From: Ascoidea asiatica JCM 7603
Taxonomy: Eukaryota; Fungi; Ascomycota
Reading direction: 5' to 3'
DNA length: 64,000 bases
NCBI GenBank assembly: GCA_001600695.1
Contig: BCKQ01000009.1
Span: 484,772-548,771, forward strand
Under the pieces are notes generated by a model. It did not search any database. It was not told where the DNA came from and saw nothing but the letters and a program-made list of their open reading frames with translations. Of the stretch, positions 34,701 through 45,594 are shown one piece after another. The position numbers and the translations under genes were made by a program. Every line of letters begins with the position of its first letter. Position 1 is the first letter of the stretch.

Positions 34701-35586
34701 TAACGAATTTACTGAAAATATTGATGAAAAAGCATCATTGACAAAATTAGAAACCCTCCACTCAAAAATGTTACATAAGAATGAATCATTTCGTAAAAAT
34801 ATGCATACTGGTTTAGAAAACCTTAAGGGGAATTGTCTGAAATCTGCCGAATCTGTTGATCTTCGATTTAATGCCTTTAATAAAAATTTAGTATCTGAAA
34901 TTAAAGATAACTGTTCAAAGCACTATGTTGAAAAGGATAAAACTTTGCATGCAGAATTTTCCAAATCTTCTTATAATAGTTTTGGGAAATTTCTGGATAT
35001 TGTATCAAAAGCTGAATTTGCTTTCGAAAGCTCTACAGATAAAGACATTGAAAAAAATGTTGAATCAAGGAAAAGATATGATTATCCAAGAGTTTTGCCA
35101 AACTTTAAGAATGACAGTGATCTAGTATTTGAGTTGAATGAAATAAAGGGCTTAAAAAATATTGAAGAATTAAAATTAGAGGAAATATATAATCTCGTAG
35201 GAGATATGATTTTTAAGGTAGACGAGTCAGAAAATGCTAATACTACCACTGGTGAAGATGAGGAAGGAGATAGTATAATGACCGATGAAAATTTACTACA
35301 AGAGCCAAATACAAACAGTACACCATCTAATCAATCTATAAGCGACTTTACCACTAGGCAAAAATTAAGGAATCAACTAAATGAATTGAGAGTAGCATTA
35401 ACCCCCATTCATTTAAGTGATGTTAATGCCAACATTAGTAGACATTTCATAAATGGATCCAAAAATATATCGCAGCCGAATCTAAGTTTGGTAGATGAAG
35501 AACAGGAAAATCGTATACCAATTCCAATTGCTGATACACCTATTCATAAAAGTATTTTAAGCAGAGGAATAATTAAAGAAAATTAG
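31765..35586 (+). CDS. KIP1: Kinesin-5 (BimC/Kip1/Cin8 family) mitotic motor
   Basis: NISVFVRCR, AYGQTGTGKT, SSRSH, LVDLAGSEN, HIPYRESKLTRLLQDSLGG, coiled-coil stalk. Confidence 0.92.
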   Translation: MNSKNTIKITQPMKRHSSPSDVGDNSNNSKRTRSSIDNPIPSLRFSRNRANNNTNSKINSLPRNRSNLNSFTKSKQSNLSSSRLSQSNSQSNSQSNSQPNSHPNSSSLSNNGFSNIRRQSNQSSQSNNLNNTGKNENSTLNSEESNISVFVRCRSRNEREIKENSGVVVSTLGHMGKEVILKSNTTKTYTLDRVFGAESDQETIFESIASNFLDEVLDGYNCTVFAYGQTGTGKTYTMTGEFSMNDISDSNNDKIVLNEHAGIIPRTLVELFKNLKKLPEYTVKVSFIELYNEELRDLLVNNSTYDKRVRIYDDPSKKSIIVQGMEEIFIKSASEGLKLLADGSFKRQVAATQCNDLSSRSHTVFTVTVMMKQTIERSEKNGNLQNDENNEYYKIGKLNLVDLAGSENISRSGAENKRAREAGIINQSLLTLGRVINALVDNSPHIPYRESKLTRLLQDSLGGQTKTCIIATISPAKVSLDETMSTLEYANRAKSIKNKPQINQSVSKKMLIKEYVQEIERLRSELNATRSRNGIYLTDDVYKQITDESESRKITIDEQKLRLNYLESNIKKFKENNERMTQELENKTQQMDSIQKNFNILQENFNSIEKNLKISIKDLIIENKIRINHQYNEKKLHGISVNLIDILNEVIMQKNKMHGLLTSKNLLIKKNFVCLQDIKKKSSKLISNNLKVGLEIFVKEHNENINTFDTELKVLLESKSKDFSILLQEILSSAKLLNEKIESITDISNDSSKSMEDDINNISSIKEEIKVSVVDRMKTTLSNFKIFEEKLNEKINSINATLIQNFKQINGSYKDCISKIDRKLLEQEEEIIDLKKKISISKENYSQILNSTQKQINNFTEEEEKASEDDKVQLIRDMADLLEKHRANKQKRINKSCCKFSNKLLDTNKSLGQDLSLYENNLKEIANKQKEFRNEELNKKSLSEFENEVNASSKDSIEKMNKLKDLIKKEFLENNDRFLNEFTENIDEKASLTKLETLHSKMLHKNESFRKNMHTGLENLKGNCLKSAESVDLRFNAFNKNLVSEIKDNCSKHYVEKDKTLHAEFSKSSYNSFGKFLDIVSKAEFAFESSTDKDIEKNVESRKRYDYPRVLPNFKNDSDLVFELNEIKGLKNIEELKLEEIYNLVGDMIFKVDESENANTTTGEDEEGDSIMTDENLLQEPNTNSTPSNQSISDFTTRQKLRNQLNELRVALTPIHLSDVNANISRHFINGSKNISQPNLSLVDEEQENRIPIPIADTPIHKSILSRGIIKEN

Positions 35587-35720
35587 CTGTTATTTTAATC
35601 TATTTCTTATTTGTATAATATGTATTTATTAGTCTCTTTAGATTTATTTATTTTTCTTGTATTTTTTTCAAATATTTTATTTTTTATTCAATCAAACATT
35701 AAACAACATGTAAAAGTTCA

Positions 35721-36466
35721 TCAGTTATTCAACAACTTTGACTGAAATTCGTTTATTTTATCTTTAGATTTTTTTTCCAAAAAGTCATAAATAGGTTTTT
35801 TCTCTAATTGAATTCTTTTTCTATCAGAATTAATCAAGTCCATCGCTTGTCTTTTTTTATTGATATTTCTTTGAAATGGTTCGTTGATAAAAATATTTAT
35901 GTAATTTGAAGTAAATTCAAACTCTTTTTCATTCAATTTAGACAATGAGGAAGAGGTTTGCAAATTATTTAAAAAATTCAATGAATACGAAAGAGATGTT
36001 AATATTTGATCGTTTTTTATTTTCTTGGATTCCTGATCTACAAATGTTTCGTATCTTGAAAGATCTATACCACCTATAGAAGGAATTTTAATGTTTTCTG
36101 AGCTTTCATATATGGTTTCATAATATTTTTTTTCTAGTTTTGAAATGTCTTTTAGAATAATAGAATCATATGAGTTTTTATAATTTTTATTTGATTTATT
36201 ATTTTCAAAGCTTGAGAACTCATTTTGAAGGGCGTTGATAACTTTAGGATGATATTTTTGAATTTCTGAAGAAAGAAGTTCTTCTTTAACTAAACTTTCG
36301 GCTTGAAATTTCTCTTCTTCAGTTATTTCTTTATCAATATCTTAATCATTTTAACAAAAATATTTATTATTGTTAGTAATATTTTTTAACACCGAAATTA
36401 TACATAAAGTTTAGTAGAAATCAAATACTTACACCCTAAAAAATCTATTGGATCATAAGTTAACAT
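35721..36466 (-). CDS. SNT309: Pre-mRNA splicing factor Snt309/SPF27 (BCAS2 family), 217 aa; exons 36466-36433 and 36340-35721
   Basis: A 92-nt intron (GTAAGT...TACTAAC...AAG) gives MLTYDPIDFLGYIDKE...; hallmark GGIDLSRYE and INSDRKRIQ; open frame checked by hand. Confidence 0.8.
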
Positions 36467-36829
36467 TTTATTAATAAGGAAAATTTCATTAGAAGTCCAT
36501 TAATACTTCAACAATACGACAACTATTTGATGTGAATTATGAATTTAAATTAAATATCGTGTTGGATTAGTTAATGGTTTAGATTCTTCTTTTTTGTGAG
36601 AAAAGCTTCATTTCTCAAAAGTCGGCCTGTTTCAAAGCAAAAAAATTACGTAATAAATTACACATATAGGTATACTAACAGTTATGTCATCATCAAATAA
36701 TTCATCAATAGGTCATTTTTATTTATATAAATTTTAATTTATATGATTTATATGATTTATTTAGCTTGTTGCTACTTGAATATGTATTGGAATGTATTGA
36801 AGATTAATTAAATCTCGACAGTTTAAATT

Positions 36830-38278
36830 TCAATTCACCTCGCTATCTATTAGGCCAAATAAGTTTTTTAAAACATTTGCAGGATCTCTTCTCAAGCCTC
36901 CATGAAAATATTCACTTGTAATCCATTGTCTTATACCACCGATTTTAGGTAAAATTTTATTTGTTAATTCCATGGTGACATATAAATCATTAGCATAGGT
37001 TGCAGTTGCAATAGGTACAACGACATTTTCTTCCGAGGTTACATCCAATGAAGAGTTAACGATATTGCCTAATTGTTTTTCGTCATATAATGTTGTCCAA
37101 TTATTATATGAATGTAAAAGATTAGCTAATGGCTTGAGAGGTTTCAATTCAACATAATCATCAAACATTGATTTAAAAATCATTTCACCAGTGAAATAAA
37201 TTGGTTTTGAAGATTCATCTTTTGCAATTATATCTGAGTAATTAAAGTTATTAATATTTAACAAATTACGAATTCTTTCTGCGGCCCAATTTGAAATATT
37301 TTTGCCTTCACAATAAATTGATTCTTGGAACAAAATGTATATTATATTTGTATCAAAGTCTTGAGCATTTTGGATTGCACTTAAAGTATTATAAGTTGGA
37401 TAGCCTAAAGTTTGCAATTCGTAATTAAATTTAGTAACAAATTGATGGACTAAATCCAAACCTTCAATTCTACCAAATATTAAACCTAAATTCTGAAATC
37501 TTTCAACAGATAAAGTACCGCCATTTGGTAGTATTACGTTATTTTTATACAAGTATTGACAAATATTGTGAATTTTGGAAATATCATTAGGAAATTTTGA
37601 ATAATATTCTTTATTTCTTTTGATTGTTTGTTTGAAAGTTGATTTATAAACATCATCAGCAATTAAAGAAATTGGAGGAATACCACCTGCTATTAAAACT
37701 TGTTTTAAAGAATTTGGGAAAAAAGAAAGATAAGTTACCGAACAAAACCCGCCATAAGATTGTCCAATTAAAGACCATTTTTGATCAATTTGATCTTTTA
37801 ATAGAATTTTTCTTATTTCTTCACAATCTTTGATTATTGAATCTGCTCTAAAATTTAAGATATAATTTAATTGGGATTTTGAATCATTGGGAAATCTTTT
37901 CATTAAAGTTGAAGAAGAAATCGGATTACTGAAACCAGTACCTCTTTGATCTAAGTAAAAAACTTGAAAATCTTTTTGAAGTAATTCTTTAACAATACTA
38001 GAATTTGAAAGTGGTGGAGGACATTCAAAACCTGGACCCCCTTGTAAATAAACAATGATATTTTTATTGAACTTTGGTATTAAATCAAATTTTGGTAAAG
38101 ATGGTGAAGAAATTTGATTAATTTTGATTTTTTGAACAAAATGTCCAACAATATTGATTTTCTCACTATTTTTGGGATTTGAATAATCTAAAGGTAATCG
38201 AAACTTTAAGCTTGAAACTACCATATCCTTAACCCGATATGAATCAAAGATTTCAAACATTTTTAAATGAGTTCCCAT
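36830..38278 (-). CDS. Proline iminopeptidase (alpha/beta hydrolase, S33 family)
   Basis: YLQGGPG, LDQRGTG, GQSYGG nucleophile, YFTGEMI, WITSEYFHGGLR. Confidence 0.92.
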   Translation of the reverse strand: MGTHLKMFEIFDSYRVKDMVVSSLKFRLPLDYSNPKNSEKINIVGHFVQKIKINQISSPSLPKFDLIPKFNKNIIVYLQGGPGFECPPPLSNSSIVKELLQKDFQVFYLDQRGTGFSNPISSSTLMKRFPNDSKSQLNYILNFRADSIIKDCEEIRKILLKDQIDQKWSLIGQSYGGFCSVTYLSFFPNSLKQVLIAGGIPPISLIADDVYKSTFKQTIKRNKEYYSKFPNDISKIHNICQYLYKNNVILPNGGTLSVERFQNLGLIFGRIEGLDLVHQFVTKFNYELQTLGYPTYNTLSAIQNAQDFDTNIIYILFQESIYCEGKNISNWAAERIRNLLNINNFNYSDIIAKDESSKPIYFTGEMIFKSMFDDYVELKPLKPLANLLHSYNNWTTLYDEKQLGNIVNSSLDVTSEENVVVPIATATYANDLYVTMELTNKILPKIGGIRQWITSEYFHGGLRRDPANVLKNLFGLIDSEVN

Positions 38279-39111
38279 AATATGCTAAGTCAAACTCAAA
38301 AGAAAAAGTAGTAGATTGCGAATAAAAGGTTAAAATAGTAATTTGGTATGTAATCCACTCATAGTTTATATCTAAATGCTTATAATTATTGGATAATCAA
38401 GCTAATAAACCCCAAACAATTACTTAATCTCTTTACTTAATTAGCATGATGAGAAACCTTGCCGTATGAAAACATTTGGTTGAAACATATTGAGTCCATT
38501 TTTAAGGGACTCCTATCTTTTTTTGTTTCTCGATAAAAGATTCTCACACGGATATACGGATTAATTAATACGGATTGAAAGTCCCGGGGAGAGTTTTGCA
38601 GCCGTGTTATAACCAACCAATAGAATTGAAACTCATGTTTCTTCTCCTGCAAATTCAGTTCATTGTACCCATTACGGTGGGTTTGCTCCAACTTCAGCGT
38701 TGACCAACCAAAGTCACATGGTCAATAGTAGAATTTAATGACTCCAGAAATCTATTGGGGTCTAGTGGAGCCCGTTATTTACTGTCTCCATTGAAACCAC
38801 TTTATTCAGACCTCGTTCCAGTGTTGTGGAACTCTTTGCACATGCACCCTTTGGACTGGTTCAACGTACGGAAGGCTAACCAAGAGAGCCTAGATTTTTA
38901 TTTAAACTTGTTAAATAACAATTATAGCTGATTTATATATCTTATTTCATTCATTTCTTTCAGTTTATTCCAATTACAGCTGATTTTTCATAGTAATTTT
39001 TTTAATAATAATAATTCATCAACAATTCTCTGTTATTATATTTTTGCTACTTATTTAATTTTCCTTCAATTTAGATAAAAACTTTTCAGTGTCACTGAAT
39101 TTCTCACAAAT

Positions 39112-41130
39112 ATGTCATCAAAAGCCCTTAAATCTGATCCACTCAGTGTACCGTACGATAACGACGAAAATCTTAATAAAGGCACTAATCAAAAAACTCT
39201 GAGTATAGATCTAGATAATCTTAATAAAACTAAAAAAGCCAGCAATATTTCTATAAAAAATGAACATAATGATACTAAATCTCCTGAAATTCTCAGAGAG
39301 AAAAACAACAATGAAAAAATAATTGAGAAAAGTCATTTAGATTCGAAATCTCTTTCAAACTCAAGCTCGGATATCAATTTAAACCTGAATTCCAAAAGGA
39401 ATTCTAATTCTAATATAAATTTTGATAATCAAAATCAAAACCAAAATCCAGCCAAAACTGAAAATCATCAGCAACTATTAAATTCTATAAACTCAGGTTT
39501 TGCAGGAAGTTCAAATGATTTCGTTAAGAAATTATTTCAAATGTTAGAAATTGACTCTTACAAAAATGTTGTAAGTTGGACAAAAAATGGTGATAGTTTT
39601 ATAGTCTTAGATACAAATGAATTCACAAAAGATATTTTACCAAAGCATTTTAAACATTCAAATTTTGCTTCTTTCGTAAGACAATTAAATAAATATGATT
39701 TTCATAAAGTTAAATTATCTCAAGATGAAAAAAATTTATTGAGAAATCAATATAATTATCCAAAAGATACTTGGGAATTTAAGCATCCTGACTTTAAAAT
39801 TGGTAATATAAAATCGCTAGAAAATATCAAAAGAAAAGGTCCAAATCAATCAAGAAAAACAAATAACTCTATAACTGTTGAAAAAAATCAGGAAACTTTA
39901 AATTCTTTAAAACAGAAAAATTTGAAATTGGAAAAAAATTTGAAGTCAAACAATGAGGAAATCAAAAAATTAAATAAACAGTATAGAACTGTAATTGAAA
40001 GTTTAATTAGTTTCAAAAATATTACTGATTCTTTATTGAACTCAGTTTCAAATTTAACTGAATGTTTAAAAAATAATGGAATACAAATTCCTAACTCAAT
40101 GCTGCCAGTTCCTTCTCTTATTGTTCCTCAATTATCTTCAATACTTCCCAATCAGCAATCGAGTGTTTCTGCAATAACTAGTCTTCCTCAAGTTGCAAAT
40201 GTTCCAATTGTTAATCATACTTCAAATGCCTCTAATGTATCTAATTCTTCTAATGAGGTTCCTTCTCAACAAACACAACAACAGACGTCACAACTACAAC
40301 CAAATGATTCTTTATATCCTTCGGACTCAAACCATGCTTCTACTTCTTCCCAAAATGACTCAAGAAATCAATCAATGACTCAACCTTTTGGACATTCATT
40401 TCATGTACTTTTAGTTGAAGATGATGCTGTATGCATTCAATTATGCAGAAAATTTTTACTAAAATATGGATGTACTGTTCATGTTGTAACAGATGGCTTA
40501 GCTGCGATTTCAACGGTGGAAACAACAAAATTTGATCTAGTATTAATGGATATCATAATGCCAAATTTGGATGGTGCAAGTGCTACTTCTTTTATACGAA
40601 ATTTTGATAAATCAACTCCAATCATAGCAATGACAGGTAATATTGGAGACAGTGACTTAGCTAATTATTTAAGACATGGAATGAGTGATATTTTAGCTAA
40701 GCCTTTCAATTCTTCTGATTTATTCACAATCTTGCGAAAACATCTAACGGGACGCATCCCAGTTAGTAAACAGCAAGAACAGCAGCAACAACAATCACAT
40801 GCTTCTAATCAAGTTTCCCAACATCTGATCAAACGACATTCAAATTCAACTTCAATGAGTGATGTAAACATAAGAAGTAATAAATCTATGGCTGATATAA
40901 ATGCCTCTATAAACAATGGTGTTAATAATTCTTCTGAAGTAGTTTCAAATTCAAATCAATCAACCCCCAATGTCCAAGCTTTAACTCCAATGGTTCAATT
41001 AGCTGTAGGAGCTACAATTCCTAATATATCACCAATGGTCGAGCCCTCTTTACATTCTTTAAATTCCTTAAATGTTATTGGTGACCTATTAGAAACTGGT
41101 CCAATACAAAAAAGGCAAAGATTACACTGA
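39112..41130 (+). CDS. SKN7: Response-regulator transcription factor Skn7
   Basis: HSF-type DNA-binding domain (FKHSNFASFVRQLNKYDFHK), coiled coil, receiver domain (LLVEDD...LMDIIMPNLDG...AKPF). Confidence 0.96.
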   Translation: MSSKALKSDPLSVPYDNDENLNKGTNQKTLSIDLDNLNKTKKASNISIKNEHNDTKSPEILREKNNNEKIIEKSHLDSKSLSNSSSDINLNLNSKRNSNSNINFDNQNQNQNPAKTENHQQLLNSINSGFAGSSNDFVKKLFQMLEIDSYKNVVSWTKNGDSFIVLDTNEFTKDILPKHFKHSNFASFVRQLNKYDFHKVKLSQDEKNLLRNQYNYPKDTWEFKHPDFKIGNIKSLENIKRKGPNQSRKTNNSITVEKNQETLNSLKQKNLKLEKNLKSNNEEIKKLNKQYRTVIESLISFKNITDSLLNSVSNLTECLKNNGIQIPNSMLPVPSLIVPQLSSILPNQQSSVSAITSLPQVANVPIVNHTSNASNVSNSSNEVPSQQTQQQTSQLQPNDSLYPSDSNHASTSSQNDSRNQSMTQPFGHSFHVLLVEDDAVCIQLCRKFLLKYGCTVHVVTDGLAAISTVETTKFDLVLMDIIMPNLDGASATSFIRNFDKSTPIIAMTGNIGDSDLANYLRHGMSDILAKPFNSSDLFTILRKHLTGRIPVSKQQEQQQQQSHASNQVSQHLIKRHSNSTSMSDVNIRSNKSMADINASINNGVNNSSEVVSNSNQSTPNVQALTPMVQLAVGATIPNISPMVEPSLHSLNSLNVIGDLLETGPIQKRQRLH

Positions 41131-41687
41131 TAGCTTTTCTTAAGATGATTATACAATCTAAGATTCGCTTTGATATTAGGTTACTGTTTATTATATTTTT
41201 TGGGTTTTTTTTTTCTTTATTTCTTTGGGCTATTTTATAAAATTTTTGTTTCCAAAACTTTGCTATATTTATTTTTAAATTACAAAAGTTTTTTTTTTCT
41301 TTTTCATTTCTTTATATCTAATATACTTTTCTGTATTCAATCATATGTTATTTTTTATTGATAATTACTTTTCAAAATAGAATTTCAAACTAGCTTACCA
41401 AATCAATTGGTATTAAAAATTAATACATAATAAACTCTTTAATTTAAAAAAAAATTTTTTGAGAACTTACTTCTTTGAAAAAATTCAGATAAAACTAAAA
41501 GGCAGTTTTGTTAATTCAGACTCGAGCCAGATTTGGGAAGATTAGCCCTAAAATAATTTTTTCAAAATTATCGAATAAATATCATTTTTTGAAAGCACAC
41601 ATTAGAGAATAAAATAAAAGTTTTTTTCGGAAATCACATACATTTAAGAATATTGATAATTAAAGGTGGAATTTATTTACATGAATC

Positions 41688-42338
41688 TCATAGGAGATCA
41701 TCGATTGATTTCTCAGAATCCTTTCTAATCAAATCAACCATCCCATCTGGTAATATAGGTTTATTGTTCGCATCAACAATATATCTGAAAGGCATTTCGA
41801 CTCCTTCATATTTGCTAAATTTAATTTCAGGATAATCCATAAATTTTATATCCTCAAATTTCATTTTCCTTTCAGATATCATTTGAGAGCATCTTACTGC
41901 TGTATCTGTAGTCATTTGTAATGCTCCCAACCTTCTTGTCTCAAACCCATACTTCACTTTTAATTCAGTGGTTCTATCCCTAGGTGGGTGATCACCGAGT
42001 ATTCCACCAAAAACCAAAACTTGAAAGTCGTCAGAAGGATTGAGATCAATTGTAGCTTTTGGGTCGAGAAGGCAAATTTTTTTATGGTTGATTTTGGAAT
42101 CTTCCGTTAATTTTATATTCTTTAAAAAACTGAAATCTGTTATCCCAATATCATTTATTTCCTTTGTAGTCCATTGTAATCCAGCTTCAATTAATTCTAC
42201 CGGAATTTTGTTCTCACTTCCTTCAGGTAGAGAAGCTAAAATCAAGTTTTCTTTTCCAACATCTTGAATTATTTTAAGATATTCAAGAATAACCCAAGGA
42301 GAAAATTCTGCCTCCATGTGTTCTATAATATAAAGCAT
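41688..42338 (-). CDS. SFM1: SPOUT-class protein arginine methyltransferase Sfm1
   Basis: YIIEHME, FGGILGDHPPRDRT, QMTTDTA, EMPFRY. Confidence 0.93.
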   Translation of the reverse strand: MLYIIEHMEAEFSPWVILEYLKIIQDVGKENLILASLPEGSENKIPVELIEAGLQWTTKEINDIGITDFSFLKNIKLTEDSKINHKKICLLDPKATIDLNPSDDFQVLVFGGILGDHPPRDRTTELKVKYGFETRRLGALQMTTDTAVRCSQMISERKMKFEDIKFMDYPEIKFSKYEGVEMPFRYIVDANNKPILPDGMVDLIRKDSEKSIDDLL

Positions 42339-42488
42339 TTTTCTGAATTATTAAATTATAAAATACTATTTGTATATACCGAATATAGCAAATTTTTTTA
42401 TTATATATTATTTAAATATCAATTACGATTTTTAGTATTTGATTATCTAGTTATTTTGCAATTACAGAGAGTAAGTGAAAAGAATGCC

Positions 42489-42507
42489 TGAAAAAAAATT
42501 TCTCATC
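42489..42507. promoter_or_regulatory. RRPE-like and PAC-like elements upstream of SFM1
   Basis: TGAAAAAAAATTT followed by CTCATC (GATGAG on the minus strand). Confidence 0.5.
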
Positions 42508-42900
42508 CTTAATATTCAATGAAAAAAAAACAGTGTAAGCGGATAATGACAAAAAAACTATAAATCTATGGAAAAAGTTCTAAATAGCAAGCATTCTATT
42601 AGTAACACTCAAACACTCTACAACCCTGCTAAAAATTCAAGTATTCATAAAGAGATATCAACTTTTATTATGAATATTTGCATTATCGAAATAAAGAGAT
42701 AAAGAGAACAACTTAATTTACGGAATAGATACATTAGTGAGCTTTTATATTAACATTAAACTTAAAAAAATCATAAAAATTAACATAGTGAAAAATATAT
42801 AAAACATGTGAATATAACAAATGAATAAAAAATAAGAAAAAGAACAAAAATTCAAATATAATACATTACAAATACAATTAATTGACCTTGGTTCAAAACA

Positions 42901-45594
42901 TCATCCAGAGCATTTACCAAATTTCTGCTCCCAATTTAATAACTTTCTGGTAATATCTTCCATCATTGTCAAACTTCCTGTATAATTATTAAGTATGTCT
43001 TCATATGAAGCTGGTGTCTTAATCTGATCAACTTTTTTACTGGTTTTATCAATATTTCCTTCTTCTACATCTCCATTTTGATCGGATTTATTTAAACCGC
43101 TCTTGTCCTTTTTACTGTCTGCATCAGTATTATCATTACTCGACCCTTTCTCGATATACTTCAAAAGCTCCTTCCTTGCTTTTTGCTCTTCACTTAATTC
43201 ATATTGGGTCCTTCCAATGAACTCCAAAATTGCAGCAACTCTTTTTCTCATATCATTAATTGAGCTTTTCGAAGACGGTATCCTGGGTATTGAAGGTTTA
43301 TCACTATCATAATCAGAAATATGATTATTATTAGAATTATGATTCTTTTTATTATAAGCTTTTTTGGTAACCTTTTTGGAACCACCACGAGATTTAGGGG
43401 ATTTGGTATTATTTATTATTGCTGATTTTTCGGCTTGAGACTGTACCACTTTTGTTGAAGCATTTTGATTATTATTGTTATTAGTCTTATTACTCAAGGA
43501 GGAGCTACTTGCTGTAGCGGAAACTGAGGCTATAGCGGATGAAGATGAATTTAAATTGCTATTATTGAAGGTTCTTTTGGAAGGAGAAGCAGTGTTTGAC
43601 CGTGTATTATGATTATTTCTTTTAGATCTTCTTGATCTTCTTGATTGTGGATTATTCAAAGGATTTTCATCATTATTTTTTATATCTGCGATGTTAGCCG
43701 CAATTGATTCTTTGATAATTTCTCTATCAATTTTAAAATTTTCATTATCATTTTTACTTTGATTGTTTAAATGAGGATATCCATGACCATTTTCCAAAAT
43801 TTGATCTTTATCTTGACTTTTATCACTACCATCTTTTGAATTTTTATCTGATTTTCTAAGAATATGAGGATTTTCAATAATTTCATCTTTTAAATTAATA
43901 TGCAAATTATTATTTCTTTTACTTCGTCTGAGTGAAGAAGTTGAAGAGGAATGAGAGGCATTATCATCAGGTGAAGTACTTTTTTCTAATCTTGGAGAAG
44001 ATCTCGATTTTGATTTTAATGAGTTATTTGAATTATTTAAAGAACCTAACTTTGAACTAGAGTTTGATTTTGAATTTAAATTTACTTTTGAGCTAGAATT
44101 TAAGTTTGAGTCTAGATTTGGACTTAAATTTGATCTCAGTCTTGTAGACCTTGAAGATATTGGTATTGAAACTTCAAACTTTTTACTCTCGGTGATATTA
44201 AGATTAATTTTTTTATCAATTATTCTATCTTTTATTTCTTTTTCAGCTCTTTCTTTTTGATCTTTATTAAGTTTAGTTACTTTGGTGAGTTTATTAATTT
44301 TATTGAATTTATTGTTTTTATTATACTTATTATTGATTTTATTAGATTTCGATTCTTTACGTGATTTGTCAAAAATTTCTAATTCAGCATCATCTTCTTC
44401 ATCTTCTGCATTAATTTCTTCATCATTTTCATCAAAATCAGACAAATTTTCTTCTTTTAATGAAAGAGATAAATTTGAATTTCTCAGAGATCTACTTCTT
44501 TTGGATCTCGTTTTTGAAGCTAAATTACTATTATCAGCATTATTTGATAAAGAATCGGAGGATCTAGAATCAACTTTAAGACCACTTTCTTTTGCACTTT
44601 GTTCTAAAGCAAATATGTATAGTTCTTCTTCATTTGAATTTAAAGTAGTTCTACCTCTTTTTCTTGAAGTGGAAAGTGTGGAATTAACAGTGATTGTTGT
44701 TGTTGTTGAGTTTGGAGAAGAATTAGAACTTGTTTTTGATGTAGAATAATAAGTAGAATTTGAATTTAAGGTCGAATTTGAAGTTAAGCTTCCATTTGGA
44801 CTTGAATTTGAAGAAGTTATATTTGGTTTCGATGCTGGATTTGAATTTAAAATAGAAGATGAAGCTGAATCTAAAGAATCAGAAGATTTTCTTAAACCTC
44901 TTGATCTTCTTGAATTTTTTCTAGGCACATTGGGCAAATTTGAGATAGAATTTTGATTTGAATTTTTTTTATTATATTTCCTTTTACCAGCTAATGTAGT
45001 TGATGAGATTGCTGGTGATTGAAGTGAATCTTTGCCGTCATTATCATTATCAATATCATTATTATCTTCAATGTCGTTATCATTATCACTGTTGATATTA
45101 TTATTACGAGAACTATGATTATCAGAATTATAAATTGAAAATTTTTGACCAATTGAGTCTACTTTTAGTATATGTAATTCAGGTCTACATAATTCACACC
45201 AATAATGAACAGGAGTTTTATTTGATGTTTTTATACCAACACAGAATCCATGTTGCCAAACATGACATTTATCACATTGAATGAATAAGCCAGTGGCATC
45301 TTCTTCTTTACCACATATACAACGAGTTATATCTGTGGAGTCATATTCCTCTTCTTCTTCTTCATTTTGTTCCTGCTCTTTTTTAATTTCTTTGGATTGG
45401 GTTTGAATTTGTTGTAAATCTGATTGATTAGATTGCTTTTGTATTATACTTTGATTTGAGTTTTTTTTATTTTTATTTGATGATTTAGTTGAAGATTTAT
45501 TTGAAGTTTTAGTTGTTGATTTATATGGTTTATGATAATTCGACTCGACAATAAGGGAATTATCATAATCATTATCATTATCGTTATCATCCAT
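42901..45594 (-). CDS. CTI6: PHD-finger Rpd3L-associated protein Cti6
   Basis: ITRCICG...FIQCDKCHVWQHGFCVG...YWCELCRPELH; C-terminal MRKRVAAILEFIGRTQ and LLNWEQKFG. Confidence 0.9.
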   Translation of the reverse strand: MDDNDNDNDYDNSLIVESNYHKPYKSTTKTSNKSSTKSSNKNKKNSNQSIIQKQSNQSDLQQIQTQSKEIKKEQEQNEEEEEEYDSTDITRCICGKEEDATGLFIQCDKCHVWQHGFCVGIKTSNKTPVHYWCELCRPELHILKVDSIGQKFSIYNSDNHSSRNNNINSDNDNDIEDNNDIDNDNDGKDSLQSPAISSTTLAGKRKYNKKNSNQNSISNLPNVPRKNSRRSRGLRKSSDSLDSASSSILNSNPASKPNITSSNSSPNGSLTSNSTLNSNSTYYSTSKTSSNSSPNSTTTTITVNSTLSTSRKRGRTTLNSNEEELYIFALEQSAKESGLKVDSRSSDSLSNNADNSNLASKTRSKRSRSLRNSNLSLSLKEENLSDFDENDEEINAEDEEDDAELEIFDKSRKESKSNKINNKYNKNNKFNKINKLTKVTKLNKDQKERAEKEIKDRIIDKKINLNITESKKFEVSIPISSRSTRLRSNLSPNLDSNLNSSSKVNLNSKSNSSSKLGSLNNSNNSLKSKSRSSPRLEKSTSPDDNASHSSSTSSLRRSKRNNNLHINLKDEIIENPHILRKSDKNSKDGSDKSQDKDQILENGHGYPHLNNQSKNDNENFKIDREIIKESIAANIADIKNNDENPLNNPQSRRSRRSKRNNHNTRSNTASPSKRTFNNSNLNSSSSAIASVSATASSSSLSNKTNNNNNQNASTKVVQSQAEKSAIINNTKSPKSRGGSKKVTKKAYNKKNHNSNNNHISDYDSDKPSIPRIPSSKSSINDMRKRVAAILEFIGRTQYELSEEQKARKELLKYIEKGSSNDNTDADSKKDKSGLNKSDQNGDVEEGNIDKTSKKVDQIKTPASYEDILNNYTGSLTMMEDITRKLLNWEQKFGKCSG

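Noticed and set aside
38440-38890. GC-elevated stretch with TTGAAAGTCCC resembling RNase MRP CR-I
   Set aside because: No convincing complementary P4/CR-V strand or P1 pairing found. It lies in the divergent promoter between the iminopeptidase and SKN7. A cmscan run would settle it.
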